A stretch of 64,000 bases of DNA. Origin: Amoebophrya sp. A120. Taxonomy: Eukaryota > Protista > Dinoflagellata. Every line of letters begins with the position of its first letter. Within the stretch, counting starts at the first letter, position 1. Location: positions 124,001 to 188,000 of the forward strand of contig CAJINV010000020.1 of assembly GCA_905178155.1 (NCBI GenBank). Direction: 5' to 3'. Below are positions 1 through 12,173 of this stretch, piece after piece. The position numbers and the translations under genes are program-made. The notes under the pieces are model-generated. The model was not told the origin of the DNA, did no database searches, and saw nothing but the letters and a program-made list of their open reading frames with translations.

Positions 1-1731
1 ATCATGCACGGACTTGGCGCCCTGCAGCTTTTGCATGCACTGCCTCTGTGGGAGTTGAAAAACACAATTGGTCTCTTTCACCAGAATTTCCTGCAAATTC
101 CACTTGATTTCCTGCAACGAAGCGCCGCAGTCGATGCCTTTCTGCAGGTAAAGACGAAAGCAGTCCTCGCGTGTGGGCTTGCGGTACGGGCGTCCGTGTG
201 GAGCGGGAGTGGTTTTCATTTTTTCCTTCACATTTTCCGTGCAACTTTTGGGGGCCGGAACTGACACTGATGTCACGCGGCCAAACGCTCCTGCTTCATC
301 TAACCTCCTTCGCTTCGGCTCCGTCCCTTCTATCTCGTTCTCATCACCATCAATGCCCGTTGGCACCACCCGCAGGCTACTGGCGCTGTCTACCGTTTTA
401 TCCACATTGGCTACAGGGTGCATAGCAGGTTGTTTGTTGACATCTCCTACCGGAGTCGACAGTTGGCCACCGGTCCCCGCCACGGCACCCGGAGCTGCAG
501 AATGTGTTGACGAGGAGTCTGCGACAGTAGACTCTCCAATCCAAAGTGAATGCTTCACCTCCCAGAACAGGCCAGGATTCCACTGCGCGCCCCGAGCAAC
601 CATGACCGGAATCCCCGGAAACATTTTTTGGAACAAATTGACCTGCTCTACGGTAAAGAAATCGCCGTTCGCAATCAGAGGAAGACAAGAACTTTGAGGG
701 CCTTCTTCTTGTTCCACCTCTAGTTCCTTACCCGGACCTCCAAGATCGGCCTTCAGCAGCGCCAGCAACTTCCCGAACAAGGGCCACCGCGCGGGCTGCT
801 TCGGCCGATCCGGGACGAAGCGCATGTGAATCGCCACGGCGTCTGCGCCGGCTGCCAAGCACTTTTGCACGAGTCGTTTTGTTTTCGTCAGATCCGGGTC
901 CAGCCGGATCTTGCAGGTAACGGACTTCTCCCGCGGCAGATGCGCCCGCAAGTGGCCCACAATCTCCGCCGCGAGGTCCGGCTTTTCGAGCAGCGCCGCG
1001 CCCATGCCGCCCTTCACGCTGAAGCTTTTCGGGCAGCCCATGTTGACGTCAATCCCCGCTACGTCGTTGATGACTACTTGCGCGGCTTGCAGCGCGAGGT
1101 GTTTGTCGCACGTGCCGAGCTGAAAAATGGTCCTGTTCTCCGCAATTTCGGCCCACGTCGTGCGGAAAATGCTCTTCTTGTCGCCCGAATTGCTGTTGTT
1201 GGGCTTCTGCGAGCAGGAGGGGACCAGAGCACCAGCACCTCGGGTTTTGATATTATTTTTCTGCAACCTTTCTGGACTGTTTGAGTTTGAATTCTGCAGA
1301 CCTTGATGTCCACCGCCTTCTACTTCTTCCACGACCTCCTGCTGCGTTAATGCTGCAGCTTCTGCGTCATTTATTTCTGTTGTGCTTTCTGCACAAAAAT
1401 TCTCTGCTCCGACGAAGTATTCCACCAGCCCGGGGTAATGCGGGTTCTCGAAGCGTTGGGCGTAGAGGACGCGCTTGTCGATAATCTCCTCATTGTACAA
1501 AATGTCGCAGCCGAAGTCCCGGCAGACCTGCCGCAGCGGCAGGGTGCTGGCGCGGACCATGGGGGCCAGGATGGTCTGGCAGTTTTGGTACACCGGATGT
1601 TTGATGAAGTTCTGAAACACCATTTTGCGGTTGCACTGGGGCTCAGTAGTACTAGTCACTGACGATGGAGAGGAGGGGGAGGAGGGGAACTTCTGCGCAC
1701 AACTTGAACAACTTTGCGGGGCTTGCTCCAT
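1..1731 (-). CDS. DUS2: tRNA-dihydrouridine synthase, DUS2/Smm1-like (3' end runs off window)
   Basis: Manual translation from ATG 1731: LAPMVRASTLPLR, GIDVNMGCPKSFSVKGGMGAALL, VTCKIRL, PLIANGD, VMVARGAQWNP, all DUS FMN-binding motifs. Absent from the ORF track, probably because it has no stop in the window. Confidence 0.85.
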   Translation of the reverse strand, partial: MEQAPQSCSSCAQKFPSSPSSPSSVTSTTEPQCNRKMVFQNFIKHPVYQNCQTILAPMVRASTLPLRQVCRDFGCDILYNEEIIDKRVLYAQRFENPHYPGLVEYFVGAENFCAESTTEINDAEAAALTQQEVVEEVEGGGHQGLQNSNSNSPERLQKNNIKTRGAGALVPSCSQKPNNSNSGDKKSIFRTTWAEIAENRTIFQLGTCDKHLALQAAQVVINDVAGIDVNMGCPKSFSVKGGMGAALLEKPDLAAEIVGHLRAHLPREKSVTCKIRLDPDLTKTKRLVQKCLAAGADAVAIHMRFVPDRPKQPARWPLFGKLLALLKADLGGPGKELEVEQEEGPQSSCLPLIANGDFFTVEQVNLFQKMFPGIPVMVARGAQWNPGLFWEVKHSLWIGESTVADSSSTHSAAPGAVAGTGGQLSTPVGDVNKQPAMHPVANVDKTVDSASSLRVVPTGIDGDENEIEGTEPKRRRLDEAGAFGRVTSVSVPAPKSCTENVKEKMKTTPAPHGRPYRKPTREDCFRLYLQKGIDCGASLQEIKWNLQEILVKETNCVFQLPQRQCMQKLQGAKSVHD

Positions 1732-2661
1732 GGTATAGTCTATAGTTCGTTGTAGTTGTGCCTTCGGGCGGCGGCAAGTCAAATGGTCATCATGATGCTC
1801 CTGAATTCATGCCTGCTACGTGTTTGTGTGCTGTTCAACACTTCGTTATCGCTTCTGGATGAAATAAACGAAAAGAAGATAAATAAACCTCAACCGAAAT
1901 ACTTAGTCGCGTAAGCCCCTGGCACTGGACATTTGATTGATTTCGCATTTTTCGCTGGAAACGTTCGTATAGTACTGCTGTAATAAAAGCAGTGAACGTG
2001 TATGGCTCCGTAAGGCGCACTGACGGCAGGAGGTGTTCTATTGTACACGAATAAGCATTTCGATGGGAACTCGATTTGGAAAAAAATGGTCGCTTCTGGT
2101 CGAATTCTTCGAAAGGAACCGGAAAATAAAACCAAACTGAGTGCTCTGATCTTCGTGGATCATATTGTTTGTCAAGCGTTCGGATCCACCTTGCGGTCGC
2201 TTGCTTTCCAGTGTGAGCATCAGAAGATCACAGGAGCATTCGAAACGGCATTCTGTTAACATTCATGCAGCTACACTCCTCTGTTGACTGAGTGTCCGAG
2301 ATACAAAATAAACAACTTCAGAGAGGAGGACGCGTGAGAAACAGAAATCTGCTCAAAAGCAGCATCATAACGGACGTTACTTCCGCCGAAAACTTCGCGG
2401 CAACGCTGCACCTCCACAAAGAAAAAGTCATGCTTTATCAGGCCACTATAATAACTCAAAAAATCCAAGTTTCTTCATCACCGCGTGCTTTGAAAAAAGT
2501 GAAATTCATTAACTGCCGCAATCACGCCTGCAGATAACTACTCCAATAGATGAGTTGTACGAAAAATGAGTTCATCATCTACTTGTTGCATGCTTCTCTT
2601 CACCCTGAACACTTGACGCAGCTGCTGTGCCGGATTCATCTTAAACCTCCTGTCCTCTTTC

Positions 2662-5136
2662 TCATTTCTTTGACTTTGCCGGCGCAGATCTGCCCTTCGC
2701 AGTTTTGGTTTTCGACGGGTTCTTCTTGACGGATTTCGGTTCATTTTTCTTCCCCGCCTTGATCACCTTCGTCGAAGCAGGTGGTTCTTTACCGGAACGA
2801 GATTTATTCTTGGAGTGGGAAATAGCGTTCTTTCCGGTCTTACCCTTTTTTTCCGCCTTTTTGCTTTTGTTTTTGGCTGCTTGAGTCCCGGGCAAAGCAC
2901 TGACCTTCTGTTTCTTCTTCGTAGCCGCGGAGGTACCGGAAGAGCGAGAAGTCGAGCCCGACTTCATCGCGCTTTTCATTTTCATCTTTCCCGCAGCTTT
3001 CTTCTTGTTGACCACGCTGCTCCCCTGGGCCGGCTTTTTGGACTTCTTCATCCCGGCAGTTTTTTTCTTGATCTTGGCCCCACCGCCGCCCTGCGCCGGC
3101 GTTTTGGACTTCTTCATTCCCGCAGCTTTCTTCTTGGCCCCACCGCCGCCCTGCGCCGACGTTTTGGACTTCTTCGTTCCCGCACTTGTCTTCTTGGCCC
3201 CACCGCCGCCGGAGGCATCCGCCATATTGGAGTTGTCTTCTTCCCCATCTGCATCGTTGTTTCCCTTCGACGCTGGCGTGTCCTCCGCGTTTTCCTCGTT
3301 GAAGCAATCGATGTTCTCCAGCAAGTGCGCCGGCCACGAGGACACGAACTCCAACCGCATGGAGGAGGCTTCAGTGAACATGCCGCTCGCGTTTTCTACT
3401 TTCGCGACATTCCACTTGTTCAAATCCTGCGCGAAGGCACTGCAATGCTGGATATGCATTGCAAATATCGATCCGGGTCTGGAAGGATGCGACTTCTGAT
3501 GCTGTCTTTGGATCCTACAAAAAATCTGTGCTGCATGACCAGCAAGAGGAGTCGAGTCTGTGCTACGCGGAGAGGGCATTTTTCATACGGAATTATGGGC
3601 ATCAAGATCCAGAAGCACTCTAAAAGTCTGGCCTTGCACTGCCAGCATGGGCCATGCAAAATGTGCGTGACACACCTCGCGCGCTGGATCGATTGCCCCA
3701 CTAGGGCCTCGCGTTCTGGCTACTCCGGGTCCCAATCGCTGGAGGTCGGGACCTGCACCGGCGACAGGCGCTATCCAACCAACCAACCGACCAACACCTG
3801 GCAATCCTCCAGACCCAGACATATTTGCACTTGATAATGGAACATGCCATACATATTCGTCGCCGCCGCGGTGTTCCAGGACTCCAGCGGGTGGTTGAAA
3901 AATGAGCAGCCATAAAACATGCCCCGAAACTCTGTCGCTCCGGAGACATCCCAACCGCTTATGTCCTGATTGAACGAATGGAAGTGCATGAAAAGGTCCG
4001 CCAGGTTTGTGATTTTCGAGCAGTCCCAAATCCGCAGGGGGCCGTAGATCTCCTCGATTTCTTCCCGGGTCTGGTTCAACTTCGCGAGGATCGTCGGGGT
4101 GTCGTCGTGGGGCAACCCTGGTTGATCCGCATTTTCATAATAGTCACTCGGCGTGTGCCAGTGGTCCGAAGCTCCGTCGTTGTCGTCGTCGTAAATTTGA
4201 AACTCAGGCATTCCAAACCCGGTGCCCAATTCCCCCCCTCCTTCACCGTCTTCGTCCAGGAGTTCCGTATGGTAATCCGCGCTGCAGACGACCATGAGTG
4301 CCTTGTGCAAAGCGCGCTTGTTTTCGAAGGCTGCAAACGTCTTCACGAAGTACGAGACTTTTTCCGCAAGAAACGTCGGACTGCTGATGTCCAGCAAATG
4401 GGCATCGGAGTGTAGGAGGCACTTGCCCGCGGCAGGTTGAACACCAGGAGGAGTCGCTTGGTGGTCTCCTTTATGAATTGCAAACATGACTGGGTCTGCT
4501 CAAGCGCACTGTTTGTGGTCATGCACGTTTCGCATGAGCAATGATCTCTGTGGTGTGTGTTCTAGCATCACAGATTTTCTGAAGGCTTATTGATGCCTGC
4601 CCCGCATGCCAGATGCCCTGTCAGCGTAGCAAGAAATGAAGTTCTGTTGCTGCCCACGCAAAAATACAGATTTTTCTCGCATCCAGAGGCAGCATCGCAA
4701 GTCCGTAATTTTCCAGTGGACCCAGACATTATACTTGCATTTGATATCCTTCGCCGCCACCGTGGCCCTGGTCCGCGGCGGCCTTCGACGGCGACGCCTG
4801 CCCGGCTTGTTCGTCCTGAACCTGACCTGGTGCCTCTTCCTCGTCGACAAACAGTTGCACTTGCTCCCATTGCACCTCCCGCCCCGAGGCGGAAACGTGG
4901 GCTTTCTTCGTCCGAAGCGCGTTCGCGATGAGCTGCTTCACGTCCTTCGCGGTGATGGTGGACGAACCAGCGTTCTTCTTGCAGATCGTCCCTAGGTCGA
5001 TTTCCACCGCGCAGTCGGCTCCGGACAGGGCGCTCGGGATCTTCACGACAAAGACAGGGGTGGAGGCAGCACCACCAGCAGTTTTTTGACCGTCCTCAGA
5101 CACGGGGGCCACTCCGCATTCTTTATTTCGGGGCAT
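2662..5136 (-). CDS. DUF285/BspA-like repeat protein, paralog 1, with putative ubiquitin-like N-terminus and Lys-rich tail; interrupted by 2 TIR elements
   Basis: ORFs 4729-5136, 3771-4487 and 2662-3579 join in frame after removing 4472-4746 and 3453-3836 plus one 5-nt DR each (1806 nt, 602 codons). FNQDISGWDVS / FNHPLESWNT repeats. Confidence 0.8.
3030..3210. repeat. ~60-nt coding tandem repeat (AQGGGGAKKKAAGMKKSKTP-like units)
   Basis: TCTTGGCCCCACCGCCGCC recurs near 3072, 3132 and 3192. Confidence 0.85.
3453..3836. mobile_element. TIR introner family A with ~120-bp nested insert
   Basis: TATGCATTGCAAATATCGATCCGGGTCTGGA...TCCAGACCCAGACATATTTGCACTTGATA; DR CTGGA/ATGGA; removal gives MF(Q/H)HCSAF versus MFEGCSAF in paralog 2. 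Confidence 0.9.
4472..4746. mobile_element. TIR introner family A
   Basis: TATGAATTGCAAACATGACTGGGTC...GACCCAGACATTATACTTGCATTTGATA; perfect DR TCCTT; removal gives GEG|DHQ. Confidence 0.9.
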
Positions 5137-5841
5137 GGCGTTCTTGGTGAGTGCGAGATACAGAAAATCAACACGAGAGAAGTGGCCAGAACCAGCGACG
5201 ACTCGATGAGGACGCCAACGTAGAACCTACTATGATGATGACCTGCTTTAAGAACGTTCGAAGGTCTTTCCAAATTCACTAAGAGTAAGTACTTACTTCA
5301 CTACAAGTGAGTTCCAAACGGTAAACCTAAAAGTGAAAGTCACACTCACAACATGATCAGCAACACGAAATAAACGCATAAAAACTACAGCCTAAACTGT
5401 CGTATGGGAAAGAAGCACGTCAGAATTCTAGTGGAGATTCTGAGGATAGGCAAACGCGTTTCAGTGACGAACAAAAGCCAGTAAAGTGATCTTTTTCCGC
5501 CTCTCCGCACAGGGTGGCGCAGGAGTAGTAAGTACTCTATGAGACGACTATCGTGTCACCAACATCTTTCAGAAGTATCCGTAGAAATTCTGTGAAGTAA
5601 GTAGTTTCGCCCATGTCCCTTCTCCGCGTACTCGTCTTCCTGATGCTTCAAAAATGACGAAAGCCGTAGACATCTTCAAGCAAGATCCGATAATTTCGAC
5701 ACTTGCAAATCGTTAAACGCTGGAAAGGAGCTGCTGCTCTCATTTTCGATTTTATTTTCAAAAAAAAATACTTTTACTCCCATAATTCCGCCCTAGTATA
5801 CAGCGCAAACAGATCTTTAGAGAGTATGCCATACAGCTCAA

Positions 5842-8800
5842 TCAAGAAGAGTCTCGCTTTTTCCTTTGTCCAGCACCCTTCCGTCCGGCGTTCGACGTAT
5901 AACCCGCTCAGGTGTTACAATCTCAAACGTTACAATAGAATCTGAGACTTGTCTTGCATGTATGATGAGCATGATCTAGCCAACTCTCATAGGGTTGCGC
6001 ATGACATCAAGTTCCGGAGCTCCAAACCCCACTACAATTTCAATCTGGGGAAATTTGTATTGCAAAAGGTGGAACGCTGTGCGAGTCTGTCATGCCCATC
6101 ATGCAACACAAATTCCAGAATCTATTGCAACGTTTGAGACTGTGACGTTTGAGCAAGTCATACGACGTGCTTTTGCTTTTTCCCCCGGTCTTTTTCGCAG
6201 GCTGCTTGATCTTCCCGTTCCCAGCTGTCTTCGCAGTTTTAGTACCTTGCTTGCCCGTCGCACCAGCAGATCCGACAAGAGCGACCTTCGTTTTTTTCAT
6301 TCCCTTTGATGACATCACACCAGCAGCGGTTTGCTCTTTCTTTGCCACTACGCCCGTCTTCGCGTGCTTGGTTGAACCGGAGCCGCCGGAGCTTTTCTTA
6401 TTCGCAATCTTTTTCATCGTGGTTGCAGTTCGGCTAGATGTAGTAGTGGTAGAGGTTTTCTTCCTGGAGGTTTTCTTGCTGCCCTTCTTCACAACAACCT
6501 TCTTCACCGCGTTGGAGCTGCTGTTCTTCATCGCCGCGCTTTTCATCGCCTTTCCGGCTTTCTTCTTGGCCTTCGCGTCCGCCACGGGCCCACCGTCCTT
6601 CGTGTTCTTCTTTCCCTTGGAGGTGCCCGCTCCTGCAGCGGCCTGCTTCTTGGTCTGCTGCAGATGCTTCGGCAACTTTTCCCGCAGGTGCAGCGGCCAG
6701 GACGCGACGAACTCCGGACGCATAGAGGAGGCATCAGTGAACATTTCGCTCGCGTCTTTTATTCTCGCGACATTCCACTTGTTCAAATCCTGCGCAAATG
6801 CACTGCAACCTTCGAACATGCCAGACATAGTTGTCGCCTTCGCGGTATTCCAGGACTCCAGCGGTTGGTTGAAAAGTTGGCAAGTGTAAAATATGTGCGA
6901 AAAGTCTGTCGCTCCGGAGACATCCCAACCGCTTATGTCCTGATTGAACGAATGGAAGTGCATGAAAAGGAACGCCAGGTCTGCGATTTTCGAGCAGTCC
7001 CAAATCCGCAGGGGGCCGTAGATCTGCTCGATTTCTTCCCGGGTCTGGTTCAACTTCGCGAGCACCTTCGGGGTGTCGTCGTTGTCCGCATTTTCATAAT
7101 AGTCACTCGGCGTGTGCCAGCCTTCGGAAGCTCCGCCGTCCGGATTCGAAATGTGAAACTCACCCATTCCGAACCCGGTGCCCCACTCACTCGTATGTAA
7201 CGCACCGCTGCCGCACGGGCTAAGGAGTTCCGTGTGGTAATCCTCGCTGCAGACGACCATGAGTGCCTTGTGCAAGGCGCGCTTGTTTTCGAAGGGTTCA
7301 AACGTCTTCACGGAGTACGAGAGCTTTTCCGCAAGAAACTTCGAACTGCTGTCCAGCAAATGCGCATCGGAGTGTACAAGGCACTTACCCGCGGCGGGTT
7401 GGACGCCAGGAGGAGTCGCTTGGTGGTCTCCTTTATGAATTGCAAATATGACTGGGTTTGCTTAAGCGCACTGTTTGTCTTTGTGGTCATGCACGACATT
7501 TCGCATGAGCAATGATCTTTGTGGTGTGTGCTCTAGCATCACAGGTTTTCTGAAGGCTTATTGATGCTTGCCCCGCATGCCAGATGCCCCGTCAGCGTAG
7601 CAAGAAATGAAGTTCTGTTGCTGCCCACGCAATACAGATTTTTCTCGCATCCAGAGGCAGCATCACAAGATGGTAATGTTTCAGACCAGGACATTATATT
7701 TGCATTTGATATCCTTGTTCGTTCTGAACCTGACCTGCCTCCTTCTCGTCGACAAACAGTTGCACTTGCTCCCATTGCACCTCCCGCCCCGAGGCGGAAA
7801 CGTGGGCTTTCTGCGCCCGAAACGCGTTCGCGATGAGCTGCTGCACGTCCTTCACCGTAATGGTGGGCGAGCCAGCGGTGTTGCAGATCGTCCGTAGGTC
7901 GATTTCAACCGCGCACTCCGGTCCGGACAGGGCGCTCGGGATCTTCACGGAGGTTTTCTTGTTGCTCTTCTCTAACACAGCAACCTTTTTCATCGCGTTG
8001 GAGCCGCTGCAGCTCGCCGCTGCGCTTTTCATCGCCTTTCCGGCTTTCTTCTCCGCGTGCGCGCTCCCGCCCGTCACCGGCGCGTCGGCTTCGCTGTCCT
8101 TCGTGTTTTTTTTCCCCTTGGCGTCCGCTCCTGCAGCGGCTTCCTCCGCAGCCTGCTGCAGGTGCTTTGGCAACTTTTTCTGCAGGCGCAGTGGCCAGGA
8201 AGCGACGAACTCCGGACGCATACTCTTGCAGGCGTCGTCGAAAACTTTTCCGCTATCATGAAACGCCGTACCACTCGCCTTCACCTTGGACAAGTCCCAC
8301 GAGTTCAGGTCCTGCGCGAAGGCGTTGCACTTGCGGAGCATCCACTGCATATCTGTTACATTCCTGGTGTCCCACGAGCCCAGCGGCTGGTTGAAGACGG
8401 TGCACCCGACGAACATGCAGAACATGCTTGTCACGTTCCTGGTGTCCCACGAGCCCAGCGACTGGCTGAAGGCTTCGCACCCCTCGAAGACACCACTCAT
8501 GTCTTTGACTCTCCCCGTGTCCCACGAGCCCAGCGGCTGGTTGAAGGCCTTGCACCAACGGAACATGCCACCCATGTCTTCGACATTCCTGGTGTCCCAC
8601 GAGTCCAGCGGCTGGTTGAAGGCGTAGCACAACTCGAACATATCACGCATGTCTTTGACTTTCCCCGTGTCCCACGAGCCCAACGGCTGGTTGAAGGCGG
8701 CACACCCCGCAAACATTGCGTTCATGTTTACGGCCTTCGACGTGTCCCAGGCATCTACGAGCTGGTTGAATTTAGCACAATTGCTAAACATATCATGGAA

Positions 8801-9454
8801 ATCGCAGGCACCGCTAACGTCCCAGCCCGAGATATCCCGATTGAACGTGGGGAAATGAGTGAAAAGCAAAGCCAAGCTTTCTACGCGAGAGCAGTCCCAA
8901 ATCCGCAGGGGTCCGTACCGCCCTTCGATCTCCTTCGCTGTTGTTTGCTCCATCACGTGCGCCAGAATCTCCTCATCACGGAGTCTTTCCTCATCCTCAG
9001 GATCAAACCCAGACGGGGTGCGAAAGTGGTCTTGTTCGTCATCTTCATGAAACATGTCCCAGTGGTAGTCCACGCTGCAGATCACCATGAGCGCTTTGTG
9101 CAGTGTGCGCTTGTCTTGGAAGGCCTCAAACGTTTTCACGAAGTACGCGACGTCGTCGGGAAATTCCTGCAAATTCGTCGGAAGCTCGTGGTCGTCAGCC
9201 AGATTCTCGCCGCTGTCGGTCACGATTTGCACTTGCTCCCACTGCACCGGGCGGCCGGTCGGCGATGCGCCGGCCTTCTGCTCTTTAAAAGTTGCCGCAA
9301 TCTGTTCCTTTAATTCTTTCACCGAAATAACCTTTTTGAGCACCAGGGACGGGGAAAGCACCACTTCCACCGCGCAATCAGGTCCCGAAAGCAAATTCGG
9401 GATCTTTAGTACGGCCTTCGAAGTCTCCGGAGGAGACAGGGACGACTTCGACAT
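5842..9454 (-). CDS. Chimeric double DUF285/BspA-like protein (paralog 2; two units fused)
   Basis: ORFs 7694-9454 and 6040-7359 plus a short last exon join in frame after removing 7434-7711 and 5898-6162 plus one DR each (3060 nt, 1020 codons, stop at 5842-5844). 25-aa FNQPLGSWDT repeats. Confidence 0.75.
5898..6162. mobile_element. TIR introner family B
   Basis: TATAACCCGCTCAGGTGTTACAATCTCAAACGTTACAATAGA...TCTATTGCAACGTTTGAGACTGTGACGTTTGAGCAAGTCATA; perfect DR CGACG. Confidence 0.9.
7434..7711. mobile_element. TIR introner family A (same insertion as 4472-4746, co-duplicated)
   Basis: Near-identical to 4472-4746, same DR TCCTT at the homologous codon. Confidence 0.9.
8330..8830. repeat. 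75-nt coding tandem repeats (DUF285 units)
   Basis: GTGTCCCACGAG(C/T)CCA(G/A)CG recurs every 75 nt; same array at ~10790-11270. Confidence 0.9.
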
Positions 9455-9994
9455 ACTTTATTTTTCGCGTGAACTTTTTCTAAAGATCGCGCAACAAGTT
9501 TCTACCTACTAATTCGCTTGTCAGAACTCTTCAAATTTTTCTTGCGAAGTGTACATTCTGCTTTGTGCAGCTGCCGCTGCCCGGCTCCTGCCAGTCTCTC
9601 ATACAAGAAGAGAAAAAGCAACCGCAAGTCTAAGGTCAACTACACAGCCTCGATTATTACGCTTCACCTTTATGTTTATCTTGAGTCACGACAACATTGT
9701 TGAGAATAAGAAAAGCACGCGGCTGTCCTTTTTGTGTGGATTCATTCAACACTATCTTTTCTATCACACAGAACAACATCCTTCAGGGAATATGTGACAG
9801 GGACAAGACAACTGACACTCTTACGTGCGTCATCTTGGCAAAAAAAAATCCGCCAAATGGAGTACTTATAGCGACCCTGCAACAATTTAAACTAGAGGCA
9901 CACGCTCACGCACAGGCAGTGGTATAATCATTTGAAGTTTCAGTTCACACCATACTTCACAGCGACGACAACCATGATCATTCTCGACTGGATC

Positions 9995-10490
9995 TCAGCC
10001 CAGCAGGTCCCTGGTTGTCTTCCTCCGTTTGCGTCGCAGTTCCTCAGAATCACTGGACGAGGCATCATCTTCCACGATGAAGTCGTCAGCGGCCGTCCGC
10101 GGTTTTCGCTTTGCGGCCCCCTTCGCCTTGCTGGCCTTCGCCTTTCCTGTAGTCCCACGACCCGCGGCCCCCGCCGCTTTGCTTGCTTTATTTGCATTTC
10201 CCACCGACGTTGGCGGCGGTTTTTTCATCCCCGAGTGTAGCTTAGAGGTTCCCGCACATGCAGAAACAAGTTGTGGAGGCACATGATCACCCACAGCAAC
10301 TTGCATTTGCATAGAAGCTGCTGCTCCTGCTGTCCCGCCTGGCCCTTGTTGAAGGTGGGTCCCCAGCAAAGCACTCGTCTCGGACCGTTTTCGCTGGGCC
10401 GCGGAGGCCTTCGCCGCCCGGGCGGCCGCACCACCGCCGGGCAAAATGATTTTCCCAGGGTCCAGCGGAGGCATGTTTTTGGCCGGGTAG
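9995..10490 (-). pseudogene. Duplicated 3' fragment of the large gene ending at 12687
   Basis: MPPLDPGKIILPGGG...RKTTRDLLG is nearly identical to 12687-13182; the upstream side is paralog-3 tail sequence. Confidence 0.75.
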
Positions 10491-10549
10491 TCTTCTCCGC
10501 ATGCGCCTTCGCGCGCGTTACCGGTGCGTCGGGTTCGCTGTCCTTCGTG

Positions 10550-12173
10550 TTAGTTTTTCTTCCCCTTGGCACCCGCTCCTGCAGCGGCTTCCTCCACAGT
10601 CTGCTGCAGGCGCTGTGGCAACTTTTTCTGCAGGCGCCGTGGCCAGGACGCGACGAACTCCGGACGCATACTCTTGCAGGCGGCGTCGAAAACTTTTCCG
10701 CTATCATGAAACGACTTCACCTTGGACAAGTCCCACGAGTTCAGGTCCTGCGCGAAGGCGTTGCACTTGCAGAGCATCCACTGTATATCTGTTACATTCC
10801 TGGTGTCCCACGAGCCCAGCGGCTGGTTGAAGACGGTGCACCCGACGAACATGCTGCTCACGCTTGTCACATTCCTGGTGTCCCACGAGCCCAACGACTG
10901 GTTGAAGGCTTTGCACCCCTCGAAGACACTAGTCATGTTTTTGACTCTCCCCGTGTCCCACGAGCCCAGCGGCTGGTTGAAAGCCTTGCACTCACAGAAC
11001 ATGCGACCCATGTTCTCGACATTCCTGGTGTCCCACGAGTCCAGCGGCTGGTTGAAGACGTCGCACAACTCGAACATACCACGCATGTCTTCGACTTTCC
11101 CCGTGTCCCACAAGCCCAACGGCTGGTTGAAGGCGGTACACAGGGAAAACATCCTGTTCATGTTCACGGCCTTCGACGTGTCCCAGGCATCTAGGGGCTG
11201 GTTGAATTTATAACACTCCCTAAACATATCATGGAAATCGGAGGCACCGCTAACGTCCCAGCCCGAGATATCCCGATTGAACGTGAGGAAATCAGTGAAG
11301 AGCAAAGCCAGGCTTTCTACGCGAGAGCAGTCCCAAATCCGCAGGGGTCCGTACCGCCCTTCGATCTCCTTAGCTGTTGTCTGCTCCATGACGTGCGCCA
11401 GAATCTCCCCCGTGCTCTGCTGTAGTCCTTCTTCAGGATCAAACCCAGACGGGGTGCGAAAGTGGTCTTGTTCGTCATCTTCATCAAACATGTCCTGCGC
11501 ATCCAGGTAGTAGTCCTCGCTGCAGATCACCATGAGCGCTTTGCTCAGTGCGCGCTTGTCCTCGAAGGCCTCGAACGTTTTCACAAAGTACGCGACGTCG
11601 TCGGGAAATTCCAGCAAATTCGTTGGAAGCTCGTGGTCGTTGGCCAGAGTCTCACCGCTGTCGGCCAACACGATTTGCACCTGCTCCCACTGTATGCATT
11701 GCAAACGTGTCTGGGTCTGAAAGAACATTGCATAGACTTTTATATGCTCTACTGACAGGAAAGAGAGATCTGTACATGCATGTTGAGCTACCTAGCTATT
11801 TCGTTTCTGTAATGCAAAAACGCAGTTTCTCATGCAGTTTGCGCTAGACCTAGTCGCTCAGAAACTTGTCATGCGCGCCCCCATATCGGAGGTTGCTTAT
11901 GCTTCGCAAATTTGCATCGCGATCAACTCTACAGACCCAGACATATTTGCAATGCATACACTGCACCGGGCGGCCGGTCGGCGATGCGTGGGCTTTCTGC
12001 TCTTTAAACGTTGCCGCGATCTGTTCCTTCAGTTCCTTTACCGACATAACATTTTTGAGCACCAAGGACGGCGAAAGCACTACTTCGACCGCGCAATCAG
12101 GCCCCGAAAGCAAGTTCGGGATCTTTAGCACGGCCTTCGAAGTATCCGGAGGGGACAAGGACGACTTCGACAT
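10550..12173 (-). CDS. DUF285/BspA-like protein, paralog 3 (tail truncated by early stop)
   Basis: ORFs 11850-12173 and 10550-11728 join (PVQ|WEQVQ) after removing 11693-11958 plus one DR (451 codons). A 4-nt insertion relative to paralog 2 creates the stop after GKKN. Confidence 0.8.
11693..11958. mobile_element. TIR introner family A
   Basis: TATGCATTGCAAACGTGTCTGGGTCTG...CAGACCCAGACATATTTGCAATGCATA; perfect DR CACTG; empty site with a single CACTG at 9240-9244. Confidence 0.95.

Noticed and set aside
1800-2560. Short ORFs between DUS2 and paralog 1, and similarly at 43600-45990 and 63500-64000
   Set aside because: No recognisable homology or consistent exon structure by eye; could hide small genes or a partial gene at the window end.
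8330-8830. Regular 75-nt repeats resembling a CRISPR array
   Set aside because: Whole units are homologous in-frame DUF285 coding repeats; there are no unique spacers and no cas genes.
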